Origin: a virus
Lineage: Duplodnaviria; Caudoviricetes
DNA: 54,978 nucleotides
Virus record (IMG/VR): IMGVR_UViG_3300048839_001570
Location: 1 to 54,978 of that record
Direction: 5' to 3' (one strand)
Shown here: positions 52,822 to 54,978 of the stretch, one piece after another
Numbering within the stretch: the stretch's first letter is position 1
How the letters are laid out: each line of letters starts with the position of its first letter
The notes under the pieces: model-generated
Seen by the model: only the letters and a program-made list of their open reading frames with translations
The model's database searches: none
What the model was told of the DNA's origin: nothing
Made by a program: the position numbers and the translations under genes

Positions 52822-53121
52822 ATGGCGCTCGACCTCAATGGCGTCCGCGTCCTCGACCACGCCTCTCCCGCCGTGGCGAGCGCGCTCCGCCTCGCGCTGC
52901 CGATCCTCACCGAGACGGCCGAGTCCCTGATCGAGACCAACTGCTGCCACGATACCGACGGCGCGCCGCGGCCCGGCAGCCTTGAGCCGGACGCCCTCGA
53001 ACCGGTGGAGGACATGCTGGCCGCGATCCGGGCCGGCGTCGCCGTCCTCGGCGAGGGCGCGATCCACCACGACGCGCGGGACTGGTTCCGCGAGGTCGTG
53101 CGCGGGGCCCGCGCGCTGTGA
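52822..53121 (+). CDS. Hypothetical protein
   Basis: GGAGG SD; coupled. Confidence 0.55.
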   Translation: MALDLNGVRVLDHASPAVASALRLALPILTETAESLIETNCCHDTDGAPRPGSLEPDALEPVEDMLAAIRAGVAVLGEGAIHHDARDWFREVVRGARAL

Positions 53122-53363
53122 TCACCCTCACTCTCACCGAGGACGACGCGGTCGCCGTGGCGACGACGCTGGAGGACGTCGCCACGCAACGCCGCGATCG
53201 GGCCGAGCGGCAGCGCCAGCGCAACCTGCTCCACGCCATCAGCGCCGCCGAGGCGTGTGAGCTCGACCGCATCGCCGTCCTGGTCAGGACGGCGATCGCC
53301 GACCACTACCTGCACCAGCAGCAGGTGCTCGACGGCGCCCGCATGGGCGGGGGCGCATCGTGA
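53118..53363 (+). CDS. Hypothetical protein
   Basis: GTGA coupling. Confidence 0.55.
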   Translation: MITLTLTEDDAVAVATTLEDVATQRRDRAERQRQRNLLHAISAAEACELDRIAVLVRTAIADHYLHQQQVLDGARMGGGAS

Positions 53364-53671
53364 CGACGCGGTGCATCACCTGCCAGGGCCACCCGCCGAG
53401 CGCGCTCGAGCAGGCGACCTTCGAGGCCCTGACTTGGGCGACCGCGCGCAACCGCGGCGCCCGCGCCCTCATCGGCGGCACCGAGCCGATGACCTGGTTG
53501 GCCGAGTCGTGCCACCTCGTCGGCGCCTTCGAGGGCGGCGGGCGCGCCGTCGCCACGATCCTTCCCCACGGCCAGCGCCTGTCGATCTCGGTGCAGGACA
53601 ATCCCGACATCCGCTGGGCGATGGACCTCGCCCTCCCGCAGGAGCTCCGCGTCGATGTCTGCCCGGACTAG
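53360..53671 (+). CDS. Hypothetical protein
   Basis: GTGA coupling. Confidence 0.5.
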   Translation: MTTRCITCQGHPPSALEQATFEALTWATARNRGARALIGGTEPMTWLAESCHLVGAFEGGGRAVATILPHGQRLSISVQDNPDIRWAMDLALPQELRVDVCPD

Positions 53672-54364
53672 ACCACCCCGCCCCGCGGGTCCGGTGGTGA
53701 TCCCGCCCCGCATCGCCGTCGCCCTGATGCTGATGGGTCAGGGGCGCGGCTCGACGGGCTCGGGGATGGACGAACCGCTGCCCACCGTGGTCGCCGGCAG
53801 CTACGTCAAACGGCCGGGCGGTGCGATCCCGCTGGGCATGGTCGCCGCCTTCCTCGCCCAGCACAACAACCACCGCGGCGCCGAGCCCTCCGATGGGCGG
53901 GACGTGGCACAGCCCCTCTCGTCGCTGACCACGAAGGGCGCGCAGCAGCAGGTGGTGATCGCCACGCTCGGGCGAGCGGAGGCCGAGGGCGCACGGCGGG
54001 TGGCAGCGTTCCTTCTGAAATATTATGGCACCGATCAGGATCCACGCCTCGACGAGCGATGCACACGGACACCACGAAGGACCGCTTCGGGCTCGTCACG
54101 GTCGAGATCGAGGGCGAGAGCTACGCCATCATCGACATCGGCATGCGCATGCTGACGCCCCGCGAGCGCTTCACGGCGCAGGGCTTCCCGCCCGAGTACC
54201 AGATTGAGACCGGCGTGGGGCAGAACGGCGAGCCGGTCTCAATGACGAGCGAGGTGCAGGGCCGGTGCTGCGGCAACAGCGTGTGTCCGCCGCTCGCCGC
54301 CGCCCTGGTGGCCGCGAACTGCGGCGATCTTGCCGCTCGCCCCATGGTCCACGCGGCTGAGTAG
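53655..54364 (+). pseudogene. C-terminal remnant of a phage C5 cytosine methyltransferase, frameshifted
   Basis: DEPLPTV/AAFLLKYYG repeats, RMLTPRE..AQGFP, motif X GNSVCPP; motifs I/IV/VI absent; frameshift near 54057. Confidence 0.8.
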
Positions 54365-54368
54365 AGTG

Positions 54369-54500
54369 ATGAGCGAGGCGCGGAAAGAGAAGGAACATCA
54401 GCACGACCCGCTGCGCCCGGCGCGCGGAGTTGCCCTGGGCGTCTTCCTCGGCAGCTGCCTTTGGGCCGCTGGCATCGGCGCATGGTGGTTGCTCGGATGA
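54369..54500 (+). CDS. 43-aa membrane peptide
   Basis: DPLRPARGVALGVFLGSCLWAAGIG; ATGA overlap with xis. Confidence 0.5.
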   Translation: MSEARKEKEHQHDPLRPARGVALGVFLGSCLWAAGIGAWWLLG

Positions 54501-54871
54501 AGGATGAACACGCCCCGGAGTCGCGCTTGCTGACCGTCGAGGAAGCCGCGAAGGCGCTGCACGCGACGGTGAAGGTCTCGGCGATCCGCGCGGCGATCCG
54601 CGAGGGCAGGCTGGCCTCGGTGCGGATCGGGCGCCGATACTACGTGACGCCCGAGGCTCTGAGGAGATTCGCGAAATGCCGCGTCGTCGAAAGCCGCCCC
54701 GCCTGTGGTGTCGACCCGACACCGGAGACTGGATCATCCTCGACGGAGGCCGCCAGCACCGGACGGGCGCTCGCGGAGCAGGCGGCGAGGATGCTGCGCG
54801 CCAGGCGCTCGCCACCTACCTCATCGGGAGCCAGCCGGCCCGCGTCGGCCCTGCCCAGCCGCACGAGATAA
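54497..54871 (+). CDS. Excisionase-like HTH protein
   Basis: LLTVEEAAKAL...IRAAIREGRLASVRIGRRYYV. Confidence 0.85.
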   Translation: MKDEHAPESRLLTVEEAAKALHATVKVSAIRAAIREGRLASVRIGRRYYVTPEALRRFAKCRVVESRPACGVDPTPETGSSSTEAASTGRALAEQAARMLRARRSPPTSSGASRPASALPSRTR

Positions 54872-54978
54872 CCGTGGGCGAGGTGCTGGCGCTCTACGCG
54901 CGCGACCATGGGCACCTCGCCGGCGCGGAGACCCTCTCCTACTGCATCGACGCGCTCTCTCCGTTCTGGGGCGATCTC
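54676..54978 (+). CDS. Tyrosine integrase N-terminus (3' truncated by window)
   Basis: GAGGAG SD; MPRRRKPPRLW...WIILDG...ITVGEVLALY...LSPFWG; follows xis; catalytic residues outside window. Confidence 0.75.
   Translation, partial: MPRRRKPPRLWCRPDTGDWIILDGGRQHRTGARGAGGEDAARQALATYLIGSQPARVGPAQPHEITVGEVLALYARDHGHLAGAETLSYCIDALSPFWGDL

Larger units (their letters stand above)
5791..54978. mobile_element. Lambda-like siphovirus prophage (continues past window; left end may be near 1560-1612)
   Basis: Ordered head, tail, lysis, replication, immunity and xis/int modules. Confidence 0.95.

Overview
GC-rich alphaproteobacterial (Rhodobacterales-like) DNA. Host genes occupy 1-1557 (3' part of tatC, then a DUF815 AAA+ ATPase). 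From about 1612 to 5790 lies a lower-GC IS1595-family (ISNha5-like) passenger element: one terminal IR, an unknown membrane-anchored protein, a DUF6471 HTH gene, the transposase, and an amino-methyltransferase/PD-(D/E)xK nuclease fusion preceded by a LexA-type box. From 5791 to the window end is a nearly complete lambda-like siphovirus prophage. Its minus-strand genes are Cro/early genes, an SF3 helicase, an iteron-rich origin, cos, terminase, portal, protease/scaffold, capsid, tail (G/T frameshift, TMP, M, L, K, I, J), accessory fibre/depolymerase genes and lysis genes. Its plus-strand genes are the repressor, early genes, a Dcm remnant, xis and the start of a tyrosine integrase. Top observations: (1) a peptidase-less repressor faces a convergent 52-aa ORF that copies its C-terminal helices, suggesting a SinI/SinR-like mimic antirepressor; (2) a 22-aa repeat shared by a gene block inserted between tail genes K and I and by a distant depolymerase, suggesting a modular fibre system; (3) a one-ended IS1595 element abutting the prophage with a possibly SOS-controlled methylase-nuclease. 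All calls come from reading motifs by eye; no searches were run.
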